Origin: Anaerolineae bacterium
GTDB lineage: Bacteria > Chloroflexota > Anaerolineae > B4-G1 > SLSP01
Direction: 5' to 3'
Length of the DNA stretch: 64,000 bases
NCBI GenBank assembly: GCA_034429675.1
Contig: DAOUFX010000230.1
Location: forward strand, 2,339-66,338
Shown: piece by piece, positions 35,459-45,027 of the stretch
Layout of the letters: every line of letters begins with the position of its first letter
Numbering within the stretch: the first letter of the stretch is position 1
Program-made: the position numbers and the translations under genes
Notes under the pieces: generated by a model
The model's input: the letters and a program-made list of their open reading frames with translations, nothing else
Database searches by the model: none
What the model was told of the DNA's origin: nothing

Positions 35459-37246
35459 ATGCAAGACCGGCAACGAAGAACGTCAGGAAGCCTGGGTGGA
35501 ATACGCGATCGCACTCTGGCGGCATCCGATCTACAAGTATGGCGCGCGCAGTTGGTGCAATATGTGCTGTGGATCATGTCCGCGGTCGGGGTGTTGCCGA
35601 CGTTTTTTGGGGCTTATTATCGTTTTTCGCAGCAGCGTTATGGCGCAGTCCTGTTTTTTATTCTGGCCTATGCCCTGCTTCTTTCCCTTGCCTTTGCGCG
35701 CCGATTGAATTATGTCATCCGGGTCCGCGCGATGTTGTTTCTGCTTTACAGTTTGGCGGTTATTGACTTTTTTGCGGATGGACCGGCCGGCGGCGCGCGC
35801 GTGATGCTGTTGGCGGCGGTTTTCGTCGCCGCGATTTTCCTGGGCGGGCGCGCCGGTCTTTACTCATTATTGCTTGCCCTGGCCATCAATGGGTTCTTTG
35901 CTTACCTTTATCTGACCAGTTTTTTGCCGGCGCCGGCGCCGATTGATTTTGTAGACCCCCGGCGTTGGGGCAGCGGCTTTTTTGTGCTGGCGATGTTGAG
36001 CGGATTGGTTGTCGCCAGTATTGACTACCTCATTCCACGGCTGATTGAGGCGATGTCGCAAAGCGGGCGGTTGGCGCGTGAGCTGACCGACTCTCAGACC
36101 CGTTTGGAAGAGTTGGTGGCGCAACAGGGGATGAATCTGGAGCGCCGTGGCATGCAATTGCAGGCCGCCGCCCAGCTGGCTCGCGAAGCCACCGGGTTTC
36201 AGGACGTGAGGCAGATTCTAAACGAGACGGTCCAGCTGATTTCGGAACGGTTTGGATTTTACCAGGCCGGTATCTTTTTGTTGGACAAGGAGCGCGAGTA
36301 TGCTGAGTTGCGCGCGGCCTCTTCTGAAGGGGGGCGTCTGTTACTGGCGCGCGGCTACCGGCAACAGGTAGGCGTAGGTATTGTCGGTTATGTGGCGCAA
36401 AGCGGCGAACCCCGCATGGCGCTGGATGTGGACAATGACGCTGAATTTCTCAGTACGCCCGACTTGCCCGACACTCGTTCGGAGATCGCTTTGCCGTTGC
36501 GTACCAGAGAGGGCGTTATTGGGGTGTTGGACGTGCAGTCTTTGGAATCTGAGTCATTTACTGATGATGACATGGTCATTCTCCAGACGCTTGCCGATCA
36601 GATTGCTCTGGTGATTTCCAATGCCCAACTTTTGCAGCAGGTAGAATCGCAAGTCGAGGCCGAACGGCAGTTCTATCAGCAGCTGAGCAATCGCGCCTGG
36701 GCGGATCTCATCGCGACGGCGCGGACGCCGGGATTTGCGCGGAATTCCGCGGGCGTTTTCCCGGCGGCGAATATCTGGCGTCCCCGTATGGAGCAGGCCG
36801 TGCAGTCCGGCGCGCTGACCTTTGATGAGCAGGAAGCGGCGGCGGTTTCTGTGCCGATTCGGGTGCGCGGACAGGTCGTGGGCGTGATTGATGCGCGAAA
36901 ACGTGGCGGAACCAGCGCCTGGACTCAAGACGAACTTGAGTTGTTGGAGACGCTGAGTGCGCAGTTGGACCCGGCATTGGATAGCGCGCAATTGTATCAT
37001 AATAGCCAGTTGCTTGCCAAGCGGGAGCAGGTGACGCGTGAAATTGCATCGAGGATGCGAGAAACTTTGGATGCGGACATGATCCTGCAAACGGCCGCCC
37101 GCGAGATCGGCGATGCGTTGGGGCTGGCCGATTTTGTGATTCGGGTGGGGACCTCCGATCAGCTTTTGTCGCGGAGTACTTATTCTGACGTTGAATCGGA
37201 TGTGGATGGTAATCCCGAAGCGAGGGGGATGAAGGATGTTGCGTAA
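35459..37246 (+). CDS. GAF-array member I: polytopic membrane N-domain + coiled coil + GAF-A + GAF-B + tail; no output domain
   Basis: There are ~6 TM helices. The coiled coil is LARELTDSQTRLEELVAQQGMNLERRGMQLQAAAQLAR. GAF-A runs FGFYQAGIFLLDKEREYAELRAASSEGGRLLLARGYRQQVGVGIVGYV...PDLPDTRSEIALPLRTREGVIGVLDVQS. The tail is REQVTREIASRMRETLDADMILQTAAREIGDALGLADFVIRV. Confidence 0.85.
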   Translation: MQDRQRRTSGSLGGIRDRTLAASDLQVWRAQLVQYVLWIMSAVGVLPTFFGAYYRFSQQRYGAVLFFILAYALLLSLAFARRLNYVIRVRAMLFLLYSLAVIDFFADGPAGGARVMLLAAVFVAAIFLGGRAGLYSLLLALAINGFFAYLYLTSFLPAPAPIDFVDPRRWGSGFFVLAMLSGLVVASIDYLIPRLIEAMSQSGRLARELTDSQTRLEELVAQQGMNLERRGMQLQAAAQLAREATGFQDVRQILNETVQLISERFGFYQAGIFLLDKEREYAELRAASSEGGRLLLARGYRQQVGVGIVGYVAQSGEPRMALDVDNDAEFLSTPDLPDTRSEIALPLRTREGVIGVLDVQSLESESFTDDDMVILQTLADQIALVISNAQLLQQVESQVEAERQFYQQLSNRAWADLIATARTPGFARNSAGVFPAANIWRPRMEQAVQSGALTFDEQEAAAVSVPIRVRGQVVGVIDARKRGGTSAWTQDELELLETLSAQLDPALDSAQLYHNSQLLAKREQVTREIASRMRETLDADMILQTAAREIGDALGLADFVIRVGTSDQLLSRSTYSDVESDVDGNPEARGMKDVA

Positions 37247-38708
37247 ACTTTATCGGGCCATTATGTCTAGTATTCGCGCCAAAGTGCTGGTAGTGATGTT
37301 GTCCATTGCGCTGCTGCCGCCGGCCGTGATGTCAGGATATACGGCGCTGCAGGCGATTTTCCCTTCCTTTCCCCGCAGCCAGTGGTTGACCCTCGGCATC
37401 GTGGGGGGATTGGTGTTGTTCGTGATAGTTTTGGAACAATGGAGCGCCACCCGTTTGGCGCATCCTTTGCAGCAGTTGCAGATTCGAGCCGTCCAGATGG
37501 GTGCGGGAGACTTGGAAACCGAAATTGCGCTGACGAAGACGGCGCACCCCGATGAAATCGAACTGTTGGCCGACGCCTTGAACCGGACCCGTCTTGCTCT
37601 TTTGCGGACACGCGAGGAATTGGAATTGCAGGTGGAGTCGGCGGAGAGGCGGGCCGAAGATTTGCGCACGGCGGCTGAGGTGGCGGCTTCGGCGGCGGCG
37701 ATTCTTAATCCACAGGAGTTGTTGAGCAACGTTGTGAGCCTTATCAGCGAGCGATTTGGTTTCTATCACACCGGCGCGTTTTTGTTGGACGAAACCGGCG
37801 CCTGGGCCAATTTGCAGGCCGCTTCCAGTGTGGGCGGGCAACGGATGTTGTCGCGCGGACATCGCCTGCGGGTTGGCGAGCAGGGGATTGTGGGGTATGT
37901 GGCGGCGACAGGCGAGCCGCGAATTGCGCTGGATGTTGGCGTGGACGCGGCGCATTTCGCCAATCCCGATCTTCCTGATACGCGCTCGGAAATGGCTTTG
38001 CCATTGCAGTCGCGCAACCGTATTTTGGGCGTGTTGGATGTACAATCGGTTGAGGCGGAAGCTTTTGGCAGTGAAGATATTGTGACCCTACAAATTTTGG
38101 CCGACCAGGTGGCGATGGCCCTCAGCAATGCGCAATTGTTCCAGGCTGCGCAAGAAAACCTGGTGGCCTTACAGCGCGCGCGGGGCGAGTATAGCTTTCA
38201 GGGCTGGGTTGAACTGGCGCGCACGTTGGAGGGCGGCGGATACCGGTATCATCAGAAGACGCTCTCGCCGGCCAAGGATGTCTGGCGTCCGGAAATGGCT
38301 CGCGCCGTTCGGGAGGGTCAGGTGGTGCAGGGCTCCGGGCGATCCGATACGGTGGCGATTCCGTTGCGCGACCGCGACCAGATTATCGGAGTGATGGATG
38401 CGCGTAAACCCGATGGCGCGGGGACCTGGAGCGAAGATGAGATCGCGCTGCTTGAAACCCTGGGGCGCCAATTGGAGGTCGCTTTAGGCAGCGCCCGGTC
38501 CTATCAGGAGACCCGAATTCGCGAAGCTCGCGAGCAGACCGTGCGCCGCATCGCCGACAGCATGCGGCGTTCTTTGGAAGTGGATATGGTTGCGCAGCGA
38601 GCTGTCCAGGAGTTGGGGCAAGCACTTGGCGCAGGGACCGTGGCAATCCGGTTGGGCACTCTCGAAAAGCTGTTGCCGCCGGATGATCAGTCAGAGGATA
38701 AGGGCTAA
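37236..38708 (+). CDS. GAF-array member J: 2 TM + HAMP + S-helix + GAF-A + GAF-B + tail; no output domain
   Basis: It overlaps the previous gene by 11 nt. TM helices are VLVVMLSIALLPPAVM and LTLGIVGGLVLFVIV. The HAMP domain is RLAHPLQQLQIRAVQMGAGDLETEI. GAF-A runs FGFYHTGAFLLDETGAWANLQAASSVGGQRMLSRGHRLRVGEQGIVGYV...PDLPDTRSEMALPLQSRNRILGVLDVQS. The tail is REQTVRRIADSMRRSLEVDMVAQRAVQELGQALGAGTVAIRL. Confidence 0.85.
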   Translation: MLRKLYRAIMSSIRAKVLVVMLSIALLPPAVMSGYTALQAIFPSFPRSQWLTLGIVGGLVLFVIVLEQWSATRLAHPLQQLQIRAVQMGAGDLETEIALTKTAHPDEIELLADALNRTRLALLRTREELELQVESAERRAEDLRTAAEVAASAAAILNPQELLSNVVSLISERFGFYHTGAFLLDETGAWANLQAASSVGGQRMLSRGHRLRVGEQGIVGYVAATGEPRIALDVGVDAAHFANPDLPDTRSEMALPLQSRNRILGVLDVQSVEAEAFGSEDIVTLQILADQVAMALSNAQLFQAAQENLVALQRARGEYSFQGWVELARTLEGGGYRYHQKTLSPAKDVWRPEMARAVREGQVVQGSGRSDTVAIPLRDRDQIIGVMDARKPDGAGTWSEDEIALLETLGRQLEVALGSARSYQETRIREAREQTVRRIADSMRRSLEVDMVAQRAVQELGQALGAGTVAIRLGTLEKLLPPDDQSEDKG

Positions 38709-38711
38709 AGT

Positions 38712-40484
38712 ATGAGCGAACCATCGTTGACCGATTGGGTACAGGAACGCGACCGCCAGCGGTTAAAGGTTCTGAATATCCTGATGCTGGTTGCGACGGT
38801 TGCCGGCGGGGCGGCAACTTTGCCGTCGTTCATTGCTGCTTTGCAAGACTCGCGCCGCTTTGCGACCGAGGCGCCGGTGTTTTTCTCCTACTTGATCATT
38901 GTATTGGCGACTGTTCTGCCACGATTGGACTATCGGCTACGGTTGGGAGTGTTGGTGACGGCCCTTTATTTTGTGGGAATTGCTACGGTGCGCACCTACG
39001 GGATTGCCAGTCACGGCGTCTGGTATCTGCTGGTGGTGCCCCTGGTGATGTTTCCCTTGATCGGCTGGCGCATGGGAGCCTTTTCGTTGGGCTTGAGTGC
39101 TGTGCTGTTTTTCTTTTTCGCGGCAGGGCATCTAATGGGATGGCTCTCGCTGGATTCGTTGCCCGATCCGCGCACTCAGGCGATTGTATCCAGGTTCTCT
39201 GCTGTTTTCATAGCCTTGCTATCAGGCGTTGGAATCATTCAGGGATTTTTTAATCACCATCAGGAGCAGGCCTTGCAGGAGACTTCCGCGCGGGCGTCCG
39301 AGCTAACTCGAGCGCGAGAGAAGTTACAGGAGCACACTACCGAGTTATTACACACCAATGAGCGTTTGCGCACGCAATCGTGGTTGTTGAATACGGCGGC
39401 GTATCTTATCGGTGAGATCTCAGGGTTGGATGATCTGGAGACATTGCTCACCCAAGTCGTGCAGATTCTGCAAAGACGTTTCCAACGCTTTGGTGTTGAG
39501 TGCGTGGGAATTTTCATGCAAGACCTGGAAACGTTGACCACGCAGTCCGTTGCGACTGCCCCCTTGATTTTGCGGGCATTGAGCGGTAGGGAAATTTTCC
39601 CATTGCGCTCGGTGAATGTTTCGACGGTTGTGGCGCAGGCGATACATTCGGGGGAGGTGACTTTCGGGCCATGCACTGTGCGGTCGGAGACAGGCACCCT
39701 CCCGGCTTATGAACTCGCAGTTCCTTTGCGTTTGTACTTGCATAGTGGACGCGCCGATGTCATTTCTCGCGGCGTTTTATATTTTTGCAATACCACTCAG
39801 GCGCTTTTTGAGGATTTGGATGAAGCCGTGTGGCTGACGTTGGCCAGCCAGTTGTCGGTGGCAATACAGAATGTGGGTTTGCTACAAAAGGCTCGCGGCG
39901 AGGTCCAGGAAATGCGGCGGCTACAACAACAATATATGGAACAGTCATGGCGCGACCTCTTCGCCGATGCGGCGGTTTTTGCTTACCATGCCGATGAGAC
40001 GCAGGCGGATAAATCCTGGCAATTTGCTCCAGAGGTTGCGGCAGCATTGCGCGAGGAACGTGTGGTGGTTCGCGGCGGGTCCAAGCATACGCGCGGCGCT
40101 ATCATCGTCCCTGTCAAGGTGCGCGACACGATTTTGGGCGTTGTTGAGATCCAGAGCGCGGAGCCGGGGGCGATGTGGTCCCGTGAGCAATTGGACCTGG
40201 TGGATACGGTGGTGGATCAGCTGGGGGTAGCTTTGGACAGCGCCCGGCTGTACCAAGAATCACTGCGCCGGGCATCCCGTGAGCAATTGACCCGTGAGAT
40301 TACCGATGAAATGCGTCGTTCCATTACGATGGAGACAATTTTGCGGACTGCGGTCGAGAAGCTAGGGCAAGCTATTGGGGTTCCACAGGCTTATGTGCAG
40401 TTGAAATTGAACGAGGGCCCGGAACCGGCGCCGGAGGCGCCGGTTGCGAGCGGAGAGGGAGAAGAGTCTCATGCGTCACAATAA
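38712..40484 (+). CDS. GAF-array member K: polytopic membrane N-domain + coiled coil + divergent GAF + GAF-B + tail; no output domain
   Basis: There are ~6 TM helices. The coiled coil is ETSARASELTRAREKLQEHTTELLHTNERLR. The first GAF is divergent (FQRFGVECVGIFMQDLETLTTQSVA...). GAF-B runs AIIVPVKVRDTILGVVEIQSAEPGAMWSREQLDLVDTVVDQLGVALDSARLYQ. The tail is REQLTREITDEMRRSITMETILRTAVEKLGQAIGVPQAYVQL. Confidence 0.8.
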   Translation: MSEPSLTDWVQERDRQRLKVLNILMLVATVAGGAATLPSFIAALQDSRRFATEAPVFFSYLIIVLATVLPRLDYRLRLGVLVTALYFVGIATVRTYGIASHGVWYLLVVPLVMFPLIGWRMGAFSLGLSAVLFFFFAAGHLMGWLSLDSLPDPRTQAIVSRFSAVFIALLSGVGIIQGFFNHHQEQALQETSARASELTRAREKLQEHTTELLHTNERLRTQSWLLNTAAYLIGEISGLDDLETLLTQVVQILQRRFQRFGVECVGIFMQDLETLTTQSVATAPLILRALSGREIFPLRSVNVSTVVAQAIHSGEVTFGPCTVRSETGTLPAYELAVPLRLYLHSGRADVISRGVLYFCNTTQALFEDLDEAVWLTLASQLSVAIQNVGLLQKARGEVQEMRRLQQQYMEQSWRDLFADAAVFAYHADETQADKSWQFAPEVAAALREERVVVRGGSKHTRGAIIVPVKVRDTILGVVEIQSAEPGAMWSREQLDLVDTVVDQLGVALDSARLYQESLRRASREQLTREITDEMRRSITMETILRTAVEKLGQAIGVPQAYVQLKLNEGPEPAPEAPVASGEGEESHASQ

Positions 40485-43400
40485 AACCAGTTCCCGGCGA
40501 ACCGGGGACGCCCGGAGGCCATTGGCAGGAATTGTGCCCGGTCCTTCTGCGCCTGAGGCCAATCCGTTGTTCTCAGAGGCCGAATCCCGATTTGCCGATA
40601 TGGCTGCGTTGAGCGCCGATTGGCTTTGGGAAACGGATGTCGTAGGGCGTTATGTTTATTCGTCGGCGCGGGTAACGGATATTTTAGGTTATACCGCCGA
40701 CGAAGTGGTGGGAAAGACTCTATTTGATTTGTTGCCTGCCGAAGAGGCTTCACGCCTGCGTGACACGCTTGGCGAGGTGATGGTGGCCCGGCATCCCATT
40801 GAAAATCTGGTGCATCAAAAGATCGCTAAAGATGGGCGCTCCGTGTGGGTACAAACTCAGGCCAGACCGGTTTTTGCTGCGGATGGCGGGTTGTTGGGCT
40901 ATCGGGGCGTTGATCGCGATATTACGGCGCAACGACAGACTGAAGAAGCGCAACGACAATTGCGGGAGCAGGAAGCTTTTTTGCGACAGGTGTTGGATAT
41001 CAACCCGAATTTTGTATTTGTCCGGGATCGTGAAGGGCGCTTTGTCCTGGCGAATCAGGCTATCGCCGACGCTTATGGTACGACTGTGGACGGCTTAATC
41101 GGCAAGACCGATGCCGATTTTACGCTGAGTGGTGCGGATGTGGAAGCGATTCGGCGCAGTGACCTGGGCGTGATGGAGTCTCTGAAGGAGAAATTCATCC
41201 CTGAGAGCCACATCGCTTATGGCGGGGCGCATCCGCGCTGGGTTCAGACCATCAAACGCCCGTTGGTGGACGAAGATGGCGTTGCGCGCCGGGTGCTGGG
41301 AGTTTCGAGTGACATCACCGAGCGCAAATTGATGCAGCAGGCGATCGAGGCTTCCCTGGAGCGACGTGGGCGTCAGGTACAGACGAGCACCGAGATTGCG
41401 CAGGAGATCGCGGGTATAGCGGCGCTGGATGAATTATTCCGCAAGGTGGTGACGCTGGTAAAGGAACGATTTGGCTATTATCATGCCCAAATTTTCCGTT
41501 ACGATGCGGCGACCCAGGCGATGCGGTTGGTGGTCGGCTATGGCGACACCGGACAGGCGATGTTGGAGGCCGGACATTACCTGCCGATGGGGCGAGGCGT
41601 GGTAGGGACGGCCGCAGAGACCGGACGACCGGTCATGGCGAGCGACGTGTCGCAGGATTCGGATTGGATTCCCAATAAATTTCTGCCCAAGACGCAAGGC
41701 GAACTGGCCGTTCCTATCCGGCTGCGGGACGAAATCCTGGGGATTCTTGACGTGCAAAGCGAGACGGCAGGAGCGCTGACCGGGGAGGATCAATTGCTGT
41801 TGGAGGGCCTCTGCGGTCAGATTGCCATTGCTATGGAGAGCACCCAGTTGCTCGAGTTTACCGGCGCTTTCCGGCAAGTGATTGAGGCATCGGGGCAGGG
41901 GATCGGTTGGGCAACCCTGGATGGCACGATGGTGTACGTCAATCCTATGATGTGCCGTATGCTCAATGTGCCCGATTCGTCCGCTCTGGTGGGGCGATTG
42001 TCGCAGAGCTTTTACCCGCCGGAAGTCCAACGACGCCTTGCGGAGGAGATTCTGCCGGCGGTGTTGCAGGAAGGACAATGGCAAGGCGAGTTACCTCTGC
42101 TTTGCTCCGATGGAAAAGTGATCCCAACGTTGGCAAACATCTTCATCATTCGTGACAAAGAGGGCACGCCTCTCTATTTCGCGAATCAAATTGCCGACAT
42201 CACCGCGCGAAAACAAGTCGAAGTGTCTCTGTTGCATAGTGAACAGCGCTACCGGGTGCTATTCGAGCAGGCCAACGATGCAATTCTGCTGGAAAACGAA
42301 AAGGAGCTGATTGTTGACGTAAACCAGCGCGCTTGCGAGTTGTTCGGATACACGCGAGATGAATTGCTTACGATGAAGACATCCGATTTGCAGCCGCCCT
42401 CAACAAGTTCCCTGCCTATTTATTCGGACCCGGGCATGCCAACGAATATCTTCGAACTGAAGGCCTCAAAGCGAGATGGCACGCCTCTCTATATTGAGGT
42501 GCACATTACGCCTCTTGAGATCGGTGGGGAGTCTTTGTTCCTGTCAATTGTGCGAGACATCACCGGGCGCCGGCAAACTGAGCTGGCGTTGGAACAGGAA
42601 CGTTACTTGTTGAATTCCCTGATGGAGAATACCCCGGATCACATTTATTTCAAAGATGTCGAGAACCGTTTCGTTCGCGTTAATCGTTCGATGGCCGAGT
42701 GGCTCCAATTGAGTTCACCTGAAGAGGCGGTTGGCAAGACCGATTTCGATTTTTTCTCCGAAGAACATGCCCGGCAAGCTTTTGACGATGAAAAGATTTT
42801 GATGGAAACCGGACAGTCATTGATCGGGCTTGAGGAGAAGGAAACCTGGCAGGATGGTCATGTGACCTGGGTTTCAACCACCAAATTGCCGATGTACGAT
42901 CGTCAGGGCGTCGCGAGTGGCACGTTTGGAATTTCGCGGGATATTACCGAGAGTCGTCAGGCGCAAGAGCAACTGCGTGAGACGCAGCGTTTGTTGCAAG
43001 GGATTCTGGATAATACTACGGTGGTTATCTACATCAAAGATTTGCAGGGACGCTATTTGCTGGTGAACCGGCGTTATGAGACCTTGTTTAGCGTCAAGCA
43101 ACCTGACATTGTCGGAAAAACTTTCAGAGAGGTTTTCGCGAATTTGGAATTCGCCGGACTGGGGGTTGAAACTGAGACGGTTTTGGAAAGCGGGCAATCG
43201 CTGGAGCAGATTGAAACGATCCGGCGTGAGGATGCGGTGCATACTTATCTCTCGCTCAAGTTCCCTCTCTGCGCCGATGATGGTGCACCCTATGCGATCG
43301 GTTGCATTTCTACCGATATTACCGAACGTGAGTCAGCGGAGACTGAGCGCAAGCGATTGCTGAGCGATCTGGAAAGCCATGCGAAACAATTGGAGGTGGC

Positions 43401-45024
43401 TCTGGAGGATACGGCGGCGCTCTATCGCGCCAGCCAGGCCATTAACACGGCGACTTCCCCTGATGAGATTGCGCACGCGTTGATTGTAGGCCTGCATCTG
43501 CCGGAAGTTTACCGGGTCACATTGAACCTGTTTGAGCATCCCTGGTTGCCGGAGAATTTGCCGGAACAGATTGAAACGGTTGCGATATGGGATAAGCGTG
43601 TGGAGGACGGCGAAATTCAACCTACAGGATCCGGTCAACGTTTTGAATTGCGTCAGTACCCGGCGGCGCATTTGTTTACGCCCGATGTTCCTCTGGTCTT
43701 TTCTGACATCACCACCGATTCCCGAATGGATGGGTTTTCTCGCGCATTGTTTCGCGATGTCTTTGGCGCGCGCGGCGCCGCTTTTCTGCCTATGGTCATC
43801 AGTGGACAATGCATTGGCTTTATCAGCGTTATGACGCACAGTGGAGCGGTCTTTGACGAACGCCGCTTGCGCCGGTTGACGGCGTTATCCAGCCAGGCTG
43901 CCGCTGCCATTCAGAGTATGCGTTTGCTCAAGTCGGCGCAGGATCGCGCGCGTCGTGAGCGTGCCTTGCGTGAGATAGCGCTGGCGGTCGGCGCCAGCGA
44001 GACTATCACTGGATTGCTTAATGAATTGCCGTTGATTGTGGCCCCCTTGCGTCAGTTGGTGCCGGTGGATTCTCTCGTGTTGACTACCCATACACCGGGT
44101 GAGACGGAACTGACGCTTTTTGCTATTCTGGCCGAGGCGACGACGGGACGTTACACCCAGGGGATGCGCTTACCTCTGGAAGGGACTGCCACCGCCTGGG
44201 TGATTGAGCACGACGAACCCTGGATAGATGTTGATATTCGCGAGAATCCTGCCTTTACGCAGGATCAACGCTTGTCGGATGAGCGGTTTGTGTCGCGGGC
44301 GACATTGCCGTTGCACTTTGGCGATCAAGTGGTGGGGACTCTCATCATTGGTTGCCAGCAGGTCGGGGCGTATACCCAAGAGGATGTGTCCGTTTTGCAG
44401 CGTGTCGCCGATCAATTGGCCCAGGCGTTGGAGCGCACACGCTTGTTGGAGACCACTCGCGCCGCTCGCGACGAAGTCACCGCAGTTCACCGTAGTTACT
44501 TGCGGCAGGGATGGCAGGAGTATCTGGAAAAGGAGCGGCAGTTGAGCCAGGCCACTTTCGTGTACGATGGAGGGAATGTCACCGTGCAGCGTGATTTTTC
44601 TCGCCCGGAAATTGAGCAATCGCTGAAGACCGGGGAAGCGGTGACCCAGGCCAGCGTATCGTCGCAGACTGAGGAATCACAACGCACGGCCCTGGCTGTC
44701 CCGATTGAGGTTCGCGGTCAGGTTTTGGGGGTGTTGGGGCTTGAGGACCCCGAGGGAAAGTGGCATTGTAATGCCGAGCAGCTGATGCTGATTCAGGCGG
44801 TGGCGCAGCAGTTGGGTCAAGTTCTTGAAAACTCCCGGTTGATTGAGGCGACGCAAAATCAGGCCGAACGCGAGCGTTTGGTGGATGAAGTGTCGTCGCG
44901 GGTGCGCGCTTCTCTGGAGTTGGATACAGTTTTGCGCACGGCAGTGGCTGAGTTACGCGATGCGTTGCAACTGGCCGAAATTGAGGTGCGCATCGGCGCC
45001 GAGACTTTGTCTCAAAGAAGGTAA
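40471..45024 (+). CDS. GAF-array member L: ~1518-aa cytoplasmic multi-PAS (5–6 PAS/PAC) + multi-GAF protein with the conserved tail; no output domain
   Basis: The start is set at ATG 40471, with GGAGAGGGAGAAGAG upstream and a 14-nt overlap with the previous gene; the track ORF begins at 40444. PAS blocks include SADWLWETDVVGRYVYSSARVTDILGYTADEVVGKT, NPNFVFVRDREGRFVLANQAIADAYG, GIGWATLDGTMVYVNPMMCRML, NDAILLENEKELIVDVNQRACELFGYTRDEL, TPDHIYFKDVENRFVRVNRSMAEW and TVVIYIKDLQGRYLLVNRRYETLF. GAF blocks include FGYYHAQIFRYD...LPKTQGELAVPIRLRDEILGILDVQS. The tail is RERLVDEVSSRVRASLELDTVLRTAVAELRDALQLAEIEVRI. Confidence 0.85.
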   Translation: MRHNKTSSRRTGDARRPLAGIVPGPSAPEANPLFSEAESRFADMAALSADWLWETDVVGRYVYSSARVTDILGYTADEVVGKTLFDLLPAEEASRLRDTLGEVMVARHPIENLVHQKIAKDGRSVWVQTQARPVFAADGGLLGYRGVDRDITAQRQTEEAQRQLREQEAFLRQVLDINPNFVFVRDREGRFVLANQAIADAYGTTVDGLIGKTDADFTLSGADVEAIRRSDLGVMESLKEKFIPESHIAYGGAHPRWVQTIKRPLVDEDGVARRVLGVSSDITERKLMQQAIEASLERRGRQVQTSTEIAQEIAGIAALDELFRKVVTLVKERFGYYHAQIFRYDAATQAMRLVVGYGDTGQAMLEAGHYLPMGRGVVGTAAETGRPVMASDVSQDSDWIPNKFLPKTQGELAVPIRLRDEILGILDVQSETAGALTGEDQLLLEGLCGQIAIAMESTQLLEFTGAFRQVIEASGQGIGWATLDGTMVYVNPMMCRMLNVPDSSALVGRLSQSFYPPEVQRRLAEEILPAVLQEGQWQGELPLLCSDGKVIPTLANIFIIRDKEGTPLYFANQIADITARKQVEVSLLHSEQRYRVLFEQANDAILLENEKELIVDVNQRACELFGYTRDELLTMKTSDLQPPSTSSLPIYSDPGMPTNIFELKASKRDGTPLYIEVHITPLEIGGESLFLSIVRDITGRRQTELALEQERYLLNSLMENTPDHIYFKDVENRFVRVNRSMAEWLQLSSPEEAVGKTDFDFFSEEHARQAFDDEKILMETGQSLIGLEEKETWQDGHVTWVSTTKLPMYDRQGVASGTFGISRDITESRQAQEQLRETQRLLQGILDNTTVVIYIKDLQGRYLLVNRRYETLFSVKQPDIVGKTFREVFANLEFAGLGVETETVLESGQSLEQIETIRREDAVHTYLSLKFPLCADDGAPYAIGCISTDITERESAETERKRLLSDLESHAKQLEVALEDTAALYRASQAINTATSPDEIAHALIVGLHLPEVYRVTLNLFEHPWLPENLPEQIETVAIWDKRVEDGEIQPTGSGQRFELRQYPAAHLFTPDVPLVFSDITTDSRMDGFSRALFRDVFGARGAAFLPMVISGQCIGFISVMTHSGAVFDERRLRRLTALSSQAAAAIQSMRLLKSAQDRARRERALREIALAVGASETITGLLNELPLIVAPLRQLVPVDSLVLTTHTPGETELTLFAILAEATTGRYTQGMRLPLEGTATAWVIEHDEPWIDVDIRENPAFTQDQRLSDERFVSRATLPLHFGDQVVGTLIIGCQQVGAYTQEDVSVLQRVADQLAQALERTRLLETTRAARDEVTAVHRSYLRQGWQEYLEKERQLSQATFVYDGGNVTVQRDFSRPEIEQSLKTGEAVTQASVSSQTEESQRTALAVPIEVRGQVLGVLGLEDPEGKWHCNAEQLMLIQAVAQQLGQVLENSRLIEATQNQAERERLVDEVSSRVRASLELDTVLRTAVAELRDALQLAEIEVRIGAETLSQRR

Positions 45025-45027
45025 TGT

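Noticed and set aside
40444-40470. Track start of the multi-PAS gene at 40444 and of other array genes at upstream in-frame codons (56704, 59829, 61801, 52047)
   Set aside because: These extensions overlap the preceding genes by 40–70 nt and lack ribosome-binding sites. The internal ATGs at 40471, 56770, 59895, 61831 and 52056 each have a GGAGG-like site and give N-termini consistent with paralogues.
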